Below, one piece after another: positions 14,243-26,720 of a DNA stretch of 64,000 bases. A program made the position numbers and the translations under genes. Origin of the DNA: Geosiphon pyriformis uo1 (Eukaryota; Fungi; Glomeromycota); assembly GCA_016748015.1 (NCBI GenBank), contig JAAOMT010000590.1, forward strand, positions 124,001 through 188,000. Direction: 5' to 3'. Positions within the stretch are counted from its first letter, which is position 1, and every line of letters starts with the position of its first letter. The notes beneath the pieces were generated by a model. The model saw nothing but the letters and a program-made list of their open reading frames with translations, was not told the DNA's origin and made no database searches.

Positions 14243-15860
14243 AAGACAGGATATAATTTGAAATAACAAATAGTAAAATCTGTAATAATCAGCTATATAA
14301 GATAAAGCCTGTGATAAATTGAATAGATTAAGTAAAATCTGTAATAGATTAGTAAAATCTGCAATAGAATAAAAACCTGTAAATTCCATGATTATATCAA
14401 GTAAAATCTACAATAAATAAATATTTTTTAAAAGCAACAGCTTTTTTTAAGAACAGACCCAATTGAAGTACTGTAAAATTGATTAAATTAAATGGCACAA
14501 CTTTGAATAGAAAATTCAACCAAGTAATATTGTTATTACTAAGACAGATAAGCTTAAAAATAAAAGTTTTTTTTATTATATATAGCAATCAGTTTTTAAG
14601 AAAAATAGCATTTTTTGAGAACAGACCCAATTGAAAATACTATAAAGTTGACCAAATTTTAAATAAAAAATTCAAACAAGTAATACTGTTATTATTGAAA
14701 CAGATAAGCTTAAAAAAAGAAATTTTTCTTTATTATATATAGTAATCAGTTTTTATTGCAAAAAACTCAAATTTTTCTATAAATGACAAAATCCATTATA
14801 TAACTACTTTTGGAAGAAAGACATAACTTTCAATTGCTATTGTTTTTGCTTTGTAGATTTTTTACAACTCATTATATTGATACCAGCCAGAATTTTTAAA
14901 ATTTTTGAAACAAATATCGGCTATATAATAGATATTGTTACAAAAAAAACTCCTATTAGGCGATATCTATATTAAAAAATTAATAAATAAATATAATAAG
15001 TAATAAACTTAATTCAAATTTATCTTTGTTTTGTAATTTTATTTCTTTTAATAAATTTTTGTTTTAAAGAAATGTTTTTTCATTAATAATTCTAATTTTC
15101 ATAATATTAATAATATAAATCAAAAACAGTTACTGATTAATTTGTCTTTTTGATACAGTATCTTTCATTCTATAAATAAAAATAAAGTTAATACTTTTTA
15201 ATTTTGATTAGAAATTATTCTCTATTTTATACATTATTAGAACATTTAAAATATTTTACATATGCCAACTTTGAATTTAAATTTTTGTTTGCATCTTCAT
15301 TTACAAGTGTAAAGACTTTTACATCTCCTTTACATATCTTAATATTCAATAAAATACTATTATATAGAAGTATAATTCATATAAATAATAATTTTTTACT
15401 TACTTCTTATATATATAATTATGATCTAAAATTTTATAGCTATTACTAAGACTATTATCTCTTAAAGATATTATATTAAACATATATAAGTTTAAAATTA
15501 AGAATACTTCTATAAATAGTATTTATATGCATCAAATAGTTAATAATAATGAGTGCCAAATGGCTTTTTTTTTTTAATAAAGCTAGTAGACAAAACATAA
15601 TTGCCCATTAGCAATAATGTTATAATAGTAAAGATAATGTATATTTATTTTTTTTACACATTTTATATATTTCATTTTTTTATTTAATACAATTATGGGA
15701 TTTACAAATTTTATTTTATTGTAGATTTTACTAATCTATTACAGATTTTATTCAATTTATTTAATCTATTACAAATTTTATCTTATATGATTGATCATTA
15801 TAGGTTTTACTAATTTATTATAGGTTTTACTAATTGTTATCTCAGATTTTACTCTGTTGT
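14243..15860. mobile_element. Non-autonomous DNA transposon with ~160 bp terminal inverted repeats (MULE/hAT/foldback-like)
   Basis: 14246-14400 is the imperfect reverse complement of ~15685-15857 (shared core GATTTTACTAATCTATTACAGATTTTA). ATTATATT flanks both ends (14235-14242 and 15861-15868), a candidate 8-bp TSD. No intact transposase. Confidence 0.65.
14430..14755. repeat. ~168 bp diverged tandem duplication inside the TIR element
   Basis: GAACAGACCCAATTGAA starts at 14451 and at 14619, and both copies continue to ACAGATAAGCTTAAAAA...TTATTATATATAG.AATCAGTTTTT. Confidence 0.85.
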
Positions 15861-18445
15861 ATTATATTTTTTTCAAACTAATCCGAAAACTTTTTTTGAC
15901 ATACCAATATTTATGCAATTAACATGTGATTTAATATTTATTCAGAGCTAAAGTAAAATATTAATTAATATTTTATCAATTGATCAACTAATTCTGAGTC
16001 TTTAAACTTTCTATTCTTTTAGTCTCTCAAATATTTTGTCTGAAAAATCACTCTAAAATGATTCTGTAACTTTTTGCAATCAAATATTAGAACCTTTTTT
16101 TCAAAAAAATGAAATATTTCAATAGCCAAAATTTTAGTTTCTTTATTAAAAAACATGTATAAAATTTGAGCTAAATTTTTATAGTATTATCATCTAAAAT
16201 TAACTATAATTAAGTAAAACTTTTGATCTCAAAAACTGTACATTAAAAAAGTTTAATTTTAATAAAAACTTTAAAAAATTTAGCTCAATTACCAATTTTC
16301 TATTTTTTATATTGCAATATAATATTATATATTGTTATATAATTTATATATTATAAGTTTATAAGTTATATAAACTGTTTAATTTTGAATTCAGCTTATT
16401 TTTAACTAAAAATTATTCTTTATTATAATTTATTTATCAAAATAAGTAGTTTATAATTTTATAAAAATTGGAAATTAGACATATTTTTATATGTGAATTA
16501 TTGTTTTGGGTTAAGATAATAAATGATAACAATAATATAAATATGATTAGCTTTAATGAAAATTTAATAACTAGTCATATGTTAAATACATATGATCCAC
16601 ATTTATAGTTACTGTTTGTAACTAGAATAATTAAAACATTAAACAAAAAACAAAAAATTCTTATTTTATTGCATTTAACTTTAAATTAAAAAAATAACAA
16701 TTTTATAGGTAAATTAAAAACTTTATTCACATTTTTAGCATTAAAACATAATATAATTTATTAATTAACACATAATTTTTTTTTGAGCAAATCACAAAAA
16801 TATTAATTTAAGATTGTATTAAAAAAAATTAAACTATTTACAGTAAGAATCAAAAAAATAACAGAAAATCATTTTATTATTCTTAATTTTAGTTTTAATA
16901 TTTTTAAAAAATAAACTGTATAAGATAGTAGCATAATAAAAACTATTTATTATAACTATATCTGTATAAATATTTATAAATAAATAAAATAAATATTATA
17001 TTTTTTAATATGTAGATTATTTAACAATTTTAACTGCTCAAAAAAAATATTACATACTTAAAAGTCTGATTTAGATTTATGATTCTTATTTATAACATAA
17101 TTGTTAAAAAAAATTAATTAATAATTATGTTATGTTTTTTTGTGTAATATTAACTGTTATTTAGATTGAAATGTATTTTTTTGGTGCTTTTATAATTGGT
17201 AAAGCTAGATATTAAAGACTATAGACACATTTATTAATTAAGTTATTAACAAAAATTTTTAACTTTTTATAGTTATATTTATAAATAAATTTTATTTAAG
17301 CTGTTAAAATTTTATTATTATTTTAATTCTTAAAATTTTGTTTGTTTTAAATTTTATAATTGATGCTTAAAGTATATTATATATTCAAAGTTTATATTAA
17401 AAATAACTTATTTTTTTAAGCTTGTCATTATATGTGATAAATATTTTTATTAACTAACTAAAAAAAAGAGATTTTCATATTTATGCAACATTTTTAATTA
17501 TTAAACAAAAATTGAAATAAATATTTTTTATAAACAATATTAAATAATTAATAATTTATTTATATATTAAAAAAAAGCAATTAATGTACAACATCTTTTT
17601 AAAAAAATACCATATATATAAATTGTAATGTTATAAGTCAAAATTACATGATAATAAATAGTTAAAAGTAAGATAATTAAAAACAATATAAAAAAAAGAG
17701 AAAATTGAATATGTAAATAATTTAATTAATGTAATTAGTCTTAAAATAACAGTTATTAATTTTTTCAAAAAAATTTGAAAATTGAAAAATAGTTTCTAAT
17801 TGTTAAAAATTTTATGTCTCAATTAATGTTTCTAACCTAACTTTATAAATTACAATTCAAAAAAAAAGAAAAAAAATTTAACTTAATGATAAAAAAATAG
17901 ATTAATAATTCAAATATATATAAGTAAAAGTATTAATAATTTTAGGCCTTAGTCACAAAATAAAGAGCTATAATGTTTACAAATAAGACTCAAAAAGGGG
18001 TTTTTAAAATTTGTATAGTTAAATTTTAATGATTAGTCTTATATTAAAAGTGTTCTTTAATCTTTCAAAATTTGATGATTATAAAATATTTTTTATAATT
18101 AGTCTGTATGTAAAAAAAAACTTAACAAATAACCCGCAAAAATTACCACATATAAAGCTTTTTTATTTTTTGTACTTCCCAAATACATGTAAAAGCCAAT
18201 GTAGTAAAATTGATTTTTCACTATTTTCAATCCAAAATTCAATTTGTGGCTTTGTAAACAATTTATATTAAAAACAAATATAGTCAATTAAGAATGTAGT
18301 AAGCTAATTTAAATAATATATGTTTGAACAATATAATTCTTTGCCAAAAACTAGGTGGATCAATTTAGTAAATAATGTCACAACATTGCGAATTGAATAT
18401 CTTTGAATGTTAAATTTTTCGTCATCACTGTATAATAATTCCGTC

Positions 18446-19775
18446 TTAGAGAGGCAGCCATAGAAAGCCTCCAGGTGGACATTGCATCTTCCAAAGAAAG
18501 TAAGGACCATTATGCACAGCATAATTATTGGTTGAGTATTGGTTGTTACATGGCTATTAAAAAAATAAAGATAAAGGTGAAGATAATTAAAATTAATAAT
18601 TTTTTAAAATTTAAGAAAGAACTTTTAGAAATATTTACCTGGCTCTCTTCGATAAAATGATCTCGCCCTGATACTGGTCCTGCACACACAAATAACTTTC
18701 CTGTTGAACACAAACAATCATCTGCCTCAATCCAATATTCCAACATAGTGTGGGTGTAAAACGAAACACTCGGTGGTAGCCTTGGAACATAATCATCCAT
18801 ATTAGTGATCCGATGAATACGCATCTTACTGGTAAGTGAATTCACATAATGCGCAAATTGACGATTGCCAACGCGAGGTTGTCCAAAAGTATACACGTTT
18901 ATGTTTTGTTTAAGATTGAGCGCTATTAATTCTAGCATTCCAAGCAAAACATATACTGAAATGGTCAAAGTAAAGCGATTTAATGTTTAAATTAAAAATA
19001 ATTTAATTTAAGAAAATTCTATAAGCTTCTTACCACCACCCAAACCATGCCCAACTGCGATAACATGTTGGAAAGCTTTACTTTGAAGTTGAGAATCATA
19101 AAAGTCTTTAAATTTTGGTTTTATGATCTCAAAACGTCTCTGAAACTCATAGTCAATTTTTGCGCCATCCATTCGATGATAAGGAACCAATATATTTTCC
19201 CTATTTCTCCAGTATTCCTCATTTCCTAATGGTTCCCCTTTTACAGCGATGAATATCGTGTCACCGATAGTATAAAACCCCGCTGCAACAGAGTCGGAAC
19301 CATTCTGTCACGACAAAATTATTTTGAAAATCACACCTGCTAATTTTCAAATAAAAATACCATAAATTTCTGGCCCAATAGCTTGCACTTTACTAAGACA
19401 ATAAGAACCCGCAGCAATTTTAGTGTATTGATAGAATTTTTTTTTTGAAAAAAGATATTTTGTATTTCTTTTGAGTAAAAAATGTCTGTTGATCTCAGTG
19501 ATGTTATTTTTTTCGGCAAAAAAATTTTCTTTACTTTTTAAATTGGGCAGTGGTAAAATCTTCACTTGTTGAGTTATAAGATTCTCATGGGTATCATTTC
19601 CTGCTAGAACAAGCCTTGAATGAGCCGATGCTGTAAGATTGCCGGAATGTTGGGAGAATCTCCATGGTATTATTACCCAGGCAAACTTTAATACAAAAAG
19701 AAAAGCGATAAAGTATAGCTTAAATATACGACTTCCTAACCGTCTTTTAATATAAAGTGCTGACTTTTGGTGCAT
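18446..19775 (-). CDS. Intact class-3 lipase-like alpha/beta-hydrolase with catalytic Ser replaced by Gly (pseudo-lipase), N-terminal membrane anchor; 362 aa
   Basis: Exons 19775-19361, 19282-19034, 18955-18639 and 18553-18446 (all GT-AG) join into 363 codons with no internal stop. Motifs: IAAGSYC, IFIAVKGEP, VIAVGHGLGGVY, VYTFGQPRVGNRQFA, RITNMDDYVPRLPP, YTHTMLEYWI, CNNQYS..VHNGPYF. N-terminal basic stretch followed by hydrophobic IFKLYFIAFLFVLKFAWVIIPW. Confidence 0.9.
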
Positions 19776-20949
19776 TCTAATAACTAAAACCTCGTAAATA
19801 ATGATTTTAGTATGAGTTTGAAGTATCTCCAACAGATATATTCAAATCTCGTAAGATTTTAACATATCATAAAAATGATATCCGACGAGAAATTATTTAA
19901 AAGCAATAGGACTCTGTACTTGTAATGAGATTGACAATTGATTAATTAATTAATTAATTTAATTTAATCAATTATTTGATATCGCGGGAAATTTTCTTTT
20001 TCACTGTGATTTGTATCGACGATCACATAGATTTTCATCTCTTTTCTCTTGGTTGTTTATTTATCCATTTTTCCCTTAATATGACTATAAGGGGGGAGGG
20101 GTGAATATTTTTGAAACTTAAAGTAAAATAGGTGAGAAAAGACAAATATGTCAAAAAATAAATGATATTAAAAGTGATATTATATTATTAATACTAGAGG
20201 AATTATTTTATTGTATCATCAATTTTTGGTCAAATTTTGAAGGTAAGCTCACCTAATATGAATCGTACTAGGATTAGGCTTTAAAAAATATTCTTTGAAA
20301 ACTGATTGAGAAAATCATAAATGTTTTATATAAAATACATGCACTTGAAAACTTTTAATTTAAAATTTCTAAGGAGCTATATCAGTCTTGTTTGGTAGCT
20401 GATTGAACACATAGCCTTAATAAAATGGTCAATATTTATATTCAAAATGTACAAACACAATTTTTAAATGTTTACAAAGTTTTATTAAGAGATTGAATGC
20501 TATTTAAATTCTAAAATATGTTTCCACAACAAAAGATTAGGATAAAGGATATAGTTATGAGTTACATTTACTTGAAATCTCAAGTCATTTGATAAATACT
20601 TTTAATAAAAAAGCGTAGCGTAACGCAGAGTGCTAATTTTAAATTAGTGCTAAAAGAGCAGTAATTTTAAATACTTTTGAACCTAATTTCCCTCAATGTT
20701 ACAAATCCAATCGATAACAATTTAGAATAATTCCTAAATTAAAGTCAGCCAGAAAATGAGACAACAAACAAATAAATAAATGTATAAAGTGCCTTCTGGA
20801 TTTTTATAAATTATATTTGATATGTTTAATATATATTCTCTTGCTAAAATATCAATTACATTTTTGTTTTTCTAAAATATATCAATCGTTATTTTCCTAA
20901 ATTATAAGAAACTCTGATATTTTTTATTCTAACTTTTAACTGCTAATAA

Positions 20950-21700
20950 TTTAAATAAAAATCCAACACACGATGCTAATTAACAAGAACTGATTTTGAT
21001 TCTTTCCCAAATTATTTGGAAAATTTTTTTTTGAAATGCCAGCTAAATTGATACCCCCCTTTTATTAATTTTTTCCTCCTCTCTAGCATTAAATCAATGT
21101 AATTAGGGAATAGCTGATCAAAAATTCTGTTATTAATAAGGAGAAAAGTTTTCATAAAAAAAATGGTTGTCGAGTAGATAAAGTGAAGAAAAAATTTATA
21201 AAGAAATTTATACAACCTGGATTGGCTATCAAAAGGAATTCTTCAATAGATTTGAACCACTCGCTAATCAAAATTCAAATTCGTCTTTCTATTTGTCAAA
21301 ACATGGGCTCGGTGGGGGTATGTGAAAAATCATCAACTATTTCTTGTTAGTAGTAAATCTCTTCTTTGTGTAGCATAGTCAGTTTTTGTCATAATAACAT
21401 TTGTGATTAGATTATCGAGATGCCATGATTTTGGTGTCTTCGCATATCGTCAACCATGTATTGCCAATGAGAAATTTGCAAGTTTTATTTGACTTTAATT
21501 GACCTTGGTCGATTTGCAATATTCTATGCTACGTTTGCTAAAAACACCATAATAGACTGGCCACCACCTCTCATTCCGAATACTAAAGGACTTATATCAA
21601 TACAAGATTTGTCCCTCTATGTCTATCACAAAAGTGAATTTTTGAATGTAGATCAGAAGATGGATTAGAAATAGGGTTTGTGATCTTTAAAAAGCCTTTT
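20950..21700 (+). pseudogene. Class-3 lipase-like pseudogene (copy 4, GHG-type, opposite orientation)
   Basis: YTTWIGYQKEFFNRFEPLANQNSNSSFYLSKHGLGG then a phase-1 GTATGT donor at 21318, the same intron position as in the intact copy. The next exon reads A*SVFVII...GVFAYRQPCIANEKFASFI (equivalent to VYTFGQPRVGN..FA). Not in the ORF track; boundaries approximate. Confidence 0.75.
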
Positions 21701-23893
21701 CAAAATAAACCGTTTTGGGTACCATTTAATGTTTTTGAGACCTTCTCATATTGATTAAAATTTATTCTTTGCTCCTTTAGAGCTGTTCAGCAACTGGTCA
21801 AGACTATAAAACTTTTACAGCCTATATAGAATTATATTTCGGGAAATGTATTGAATTTGAATTTTTAGAAAATGTAGTGCCCGGTTCAAAACTTCAAATT
21901 GCTACATTAGAAATTGATTTTAATTTCCACTAAACTTATATACATGTAATATCAATGTTGCTCTAATTTAACTAAAGTAATAGATGTAAAATGTTATTCT
22001 TTTCCCAAAAATATTTGTGTGTATCTAAAATAAAAAGGTTAATCCGAACTGCCATGGATTAACTTTACAGAATTCATATAAGTGCCTGATATAGAAGTTC
22101 TCATGAATCAGAGTAAAAAATTAGTGGATAACAAGTAACGAAAATTTTTTATTTTGTAAAAACAGATTTCAACAAACCGGGACATCTCATGATAAACAAT
22201 GAATCTTATTAAATTTAATCAAAAAAATATTTTTGTCTTTGACCACCCTTAATATATGACCCTCGAGAATCGATGAAATTGTTTAATGAGTGTTATAAAT
22301 AACAAAGAGATAATCTAAATAACAAAGTAAATCGATCCAAAATAGAAATTTTATAATCACCGAAAAACTAGCCTTTATTGTGGATTTTACAAATTGGTTT
22401 TTTTGGCTTTTCCAGCCAAATATCAATTAGATTATTTAAATTTTTCTCAAGTTTTGCAATATAAGTTTTGAATAAGTCCTTTGCTTGTTGAGCAACTCAA
22501 AATTTGAAGAAAATTTGAAGAGGAAATAAACATCAAATTTTATAAAAAAAAAGAATTTTTGTAAAGCGATTCAATTTAATTATTAACATAAAAAATTTTA
22601 ATTTTCAAAATAAAATATACTTTTTATATATTATAAATTTAATAATATTTTTAATTATGAATTATGAATTAATTAATTTTTAAATCTTTTTTGATATTTT
22701 CTTTCAGAAAGAAATTAACATAACCTGCTTTTTTTAATGCTTAAAAAGTTGTTTAAACAAGTTTTAACAAAAAATAATTAGCTTTATGTTATTGTCATAA
22801 TTTATATTTTGTACAATTGATTAATTAAAATTAAAATTTTTAATACATTTTTAATATTATAATTGGTAGTGTGGGGTGAATATTAATAGATTAAAATTAT
22901 AGTGTTATTTTTATCTTGAACTTGGTTTATTATGAAAAGCAAAATAAACAAGATTTTTAATTATTTAATTCTTATAAAAATTATTATGATAATAGAATAA
23001 TTTATATAAATTGGTTTTAAATAAACTTATTTCATGCGAATAAAGATTTATTTAAAGAAAATCAGAAAAATAAGTAATTAAAATTTTCCAAAAAAAATTT
23101 CATAATATTAAATATTAGGAAAATAGTCATCAAAAAAATATTTTACTTTTATTGGTGAAAAAATAAATATATTGAAGACAAGTTTCAATTAAACCTAATT
23201 TAGTTTTAAAATAATAATAATCATGAAATTATTATTATCATTACAGACATATAAAGATATAAATAATCAAAAATTTTAATTCATAAATTCAAGTTTATAT
23301 TAATAATTTTCAATAAAAATTTATCAAAATAGAATTTTATAATTAAATTAAAAATCTTTTAAATAAAAAAATAATTTTTGTTTTACTTATAATTATAAAT
23401 TATTAATTTAAAAATAAAAATTTATTAATCTAATTCACAGCAATATTCTTAGGCAACAATCAATAAAACTTTAAATTTATAATACTCTTAACACACCTTA
23501 TAACGTTTTAAAAAAATTGAATTTGTTTTATATTAAAGAGGGTTTAGAATAAATATAAATATTTCTTTAAATGAAAAAAAAAGAAGAAAACAATATATAA
23601 AGTATATAATTTTTCATAACCTCTTAGCTATTAATAAAGAAAATATAGAAAATGTTAAAATAAAGCACTTAAGGCACTTTAAATTATGATTTAATTCAAT
23701 AATTTAGAGTCCCATCTCAAAAACCATTTATTCGAAGCTAATTGTCATGATTTATTAATCAAGCAATCCAAGGAGAATAAATATACCAAAAGCTTTTTCT
23801 TTTTTGTTTAACTAAAAATATTCTCAAATCATTGAATTTATAGCAAAAAAAATAATATTGGCTACTAATAATTATTTCTATTTTCATAATTTT

Positions 23894-25376
23894 TCAAAGC
23901 TTAAAATTCCCAAATTTACTAATTGGTTCGCAATTACTCATTTCAACCCCAAAATAAGGGCCATTATGAAATAATTTGTCAAGAACTTTGTTTATTGATT
24001 GATCAGAATTACACTCTTAAAGTAAAAAAAACATTGTTTTTTAACACATTTATCGAAAATTTCATAATCTAATATAGATTATCACTAACCATATTCTCAT
24101 CAGAATACTGCGAATTCAATCATTCTTCTCTTTGACTTGACATCAAATCAGAAGAATTATAATCCCAATAAATATTTAGTTTAATCAGGACAATTACAAT
24201 TACTCAATGGCTCAATCCAAACTTCAGTACCGAAATGTCTCCTCCCCATTAAAGACAAAGGAAAGTGCGGCACATGATCATTTCCATGGGTAAAGCGGCG
24301 GTGAAGAATATTTTTGTTAAAATTATTGCTAAGGTGCTCGTTTCCAACTCTCGGAACTCCAAAAGTATAAATACCCTGCTTAAATTAATATTCGGTCAAG
24401 TATTCATATTTACAATTTTATATTTTTCAATTACCCACATAACTGCAGCAATGTAGGCATATGCTTATATATATAGTTAAAAAAATAAATGATTCTTACT
24501 TTAAATTTTAAAATAAAAAAACATTTAGGAAACTAACCTCCACCAAGACCATGTCCTGTAAAGATAATATCATACCATTCAGTTACACTTGGGAATTGAA
24601 TTAAAGATGATTGAATAGCTTGGATTAAAATATGAACTAATATTTTCATATCTTTCAATAATTTTGAGTCTACAAGAATTTTTTCACCCAACTTTGAACC
24701 ATTTTAAAACGAAGTAGAATTTGTTTTGACTTTCTTGAAGCCTATTCTTTTTTTCTTAATTTCTAATATAAATAAAGAAGCATTATTATCTCAAGTTTTT
24801 ATTTGATTTAAAAATATTAATGGAGTTGAGATAATTACTAGCCCCGCAAATACAATTAATAAAGCGCTATATTCTGATGTGGCTTGATAATATTGAACCT
24901 CTACTGATTAATAGTATTTGAAAGATTTATTAATTTCTTTAAGGAAACTTTGTATTTAAGACTAATTTTTTTCGAAAATCAAAAATCTTTAATTTGTAAA
25001 CCAGGCACTCTTAAGCCGATATTATTTAGACCGAAGCAGTCAATGACATTTATCATGAATGCAATATCGGAGAAAACCTCTAACTCTTCATCATCAGTTA
25101 AAATTTGTCTCTTGGGTTGTGACTGTGAGCGTTTTTTGATATGATTGATTTTTAGTGGGATATCAATTTAATTTATCCATTTAATCATTATAGGAGAGGT
25201 ATAGTTTATATCTGGTTTTCTATACTTTTAAAATAATTTAGAGGCTATCCAAATACTGCTGTGGTTTTTTTATGCATCAAAAAATAAAAAACTGATGCAA
25301 TAAAAATTATAGTAATAATCTTTAATTTTCTAGGAAAATCAATCTTGAATCATACTTAATTATTAAAAGAGCCCAT
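23894..25376 (-). pseudogene. Class-3 lipase-like pseudogene (copy 3, GHG-type)
   Basis: N-terminal hydrophobic KIITIIFIASVFYF*, IIFTGHGLGG followed by a GT donor (24538-24565), AYAYIAAVMW, IYTFGVPRVGNEHL, RRFTHGNDHVPHFP, HFGTEVWIEPLSNCNCPD*, and last exon CNSDQSINKVLDKLFHNGPYFGVEMSNC. Several premature stops and a frameshift. Confidence 0.85.
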
Positions 25377-26489
25377 TTTATTGATTTTCAAGAAGGATAT
25401 AACAGAGTTTCATGGGATATTTTATAATTTTTTTTAAGATGCAAAAAATAAAAATTCTATAAATTGAGCTTAATAGTTTTTTTGTAACATCTCATTTAAA
25501 CAAACTAAAGTAATAGATAATATAATTATTAACCTTTTTTTGCAAATCTTTTTGTCCAATCACTTATCACACTATATCTTTTATCCCAAAGAAGTTTTCA
25601 AAATTCTAATTTATAAACAAAATTATTATATATTTATTCCTTGTTATGCTAAACTTTTATACCAGGCTTATCTAGCATTTTTTATAGATTTGAATATTTG
25701 CCACAAGAAATTGATTTTTTATAGATTAAAATAGAAAATAAAGTCGTTAATAGAATCCAACTTCCCTTCAATATATCTGCTCTCTTTTTCTTTTCCTTTT
25801 CATTAGCCAAAAACTGCTAAAGAGTTAAATGAATTCCTTATCAAATAGAAGTAGATGATAATAAATTTAACTCATGAACTTGGTCCTTTTCTATTCCAAA
25901 TTTTAGCATAAGGCTTTTCTAACAGGATTTTCAGCTCATCTATTTTCTTGCTGGTAGAAATATTAATCTTTAGAGTGCAAGTTCGTTCATGAAAATAAGA
26001 TCTAAAAATAACACTCTCTACTTGATAATCTTCTTTAGCTTGCTGATTGAATCGTTTTTTTTTATTTCGACTTGAAAATAGTCGTCATTAAGAGCTAGAA
26101 AGAAGAAAGTTATGCATTTAATAGTTATGGTAAAGAATGGCATTTTAAAATTATTTATTCAATCAGCTGACTACTCTCTTGATATTTTGAGTTTTAATTA
26201 GTCGAGAGCACATCTATAGTTTTATAATTAATATTATAAATAAAATATTTGTTAATTAAGTATTGATATTTTTAAATGTATCATGCATTTTTTTTTGGAA
26301 TTTAATTGTACAGCATTATTCACTTTGATTTGTCCGGCCAAAAATTATACCCAATAATAAGAGGAAACATAATTAATTTTTTTGAGTCTTGGCAATTATT
26401 CGTAAATTTTTTACAGATGATATCTGATAATTACTTATTGCATAATAATCATAATTATTTTATCTTACTTATTTTTCTTCTTTTAAAAT

Positions 26490-26720
26490 GAAGAAAAAGC
26501 ATTAATGCAGTTAAGAAAGCTTATTGTTTATTTTTATTAGAAAATTTTGGTTGTAATTATTTAACTAAAACACATAATGGTCATTAAATTAAGCTATCTT
26601 GAATAAACTTTTACATTTTAATTAAGAAAAAACCTTAAATTATATCGAAAATAGTAAATTTCAAAGATTAATTAGCTTTAACTATTCTAATTGAAAGAAA
26701 TTATATTAAAAAAAACTAAT
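26490..26720 (+). pseudogene. Short decayed paralogous fragment of the 8314-9833 membrane-protein gene (exon plus intron)
   Basis: AAGCATTAATGCAGTTAAGAAAGCTTATTGTTTATTTTTATTAGAAAATTTT...TAACTAAAACACATAAT aligns by eye with 8324-8430 (AAGCAAACATGCAGATAAGAAGGTTTATTGTTTATTTT...TAACTAAAATACATAAT). Confidence 0.55.

Noticed and set aside
19283-19360. Apparent stop/frameshift making the 18446-19775 lipase-like gene a pseudogene
   Set aside because: A 78-nt GT-AG intron using the TGTTGCAG acceptor at 19283 restores a continuous frame.
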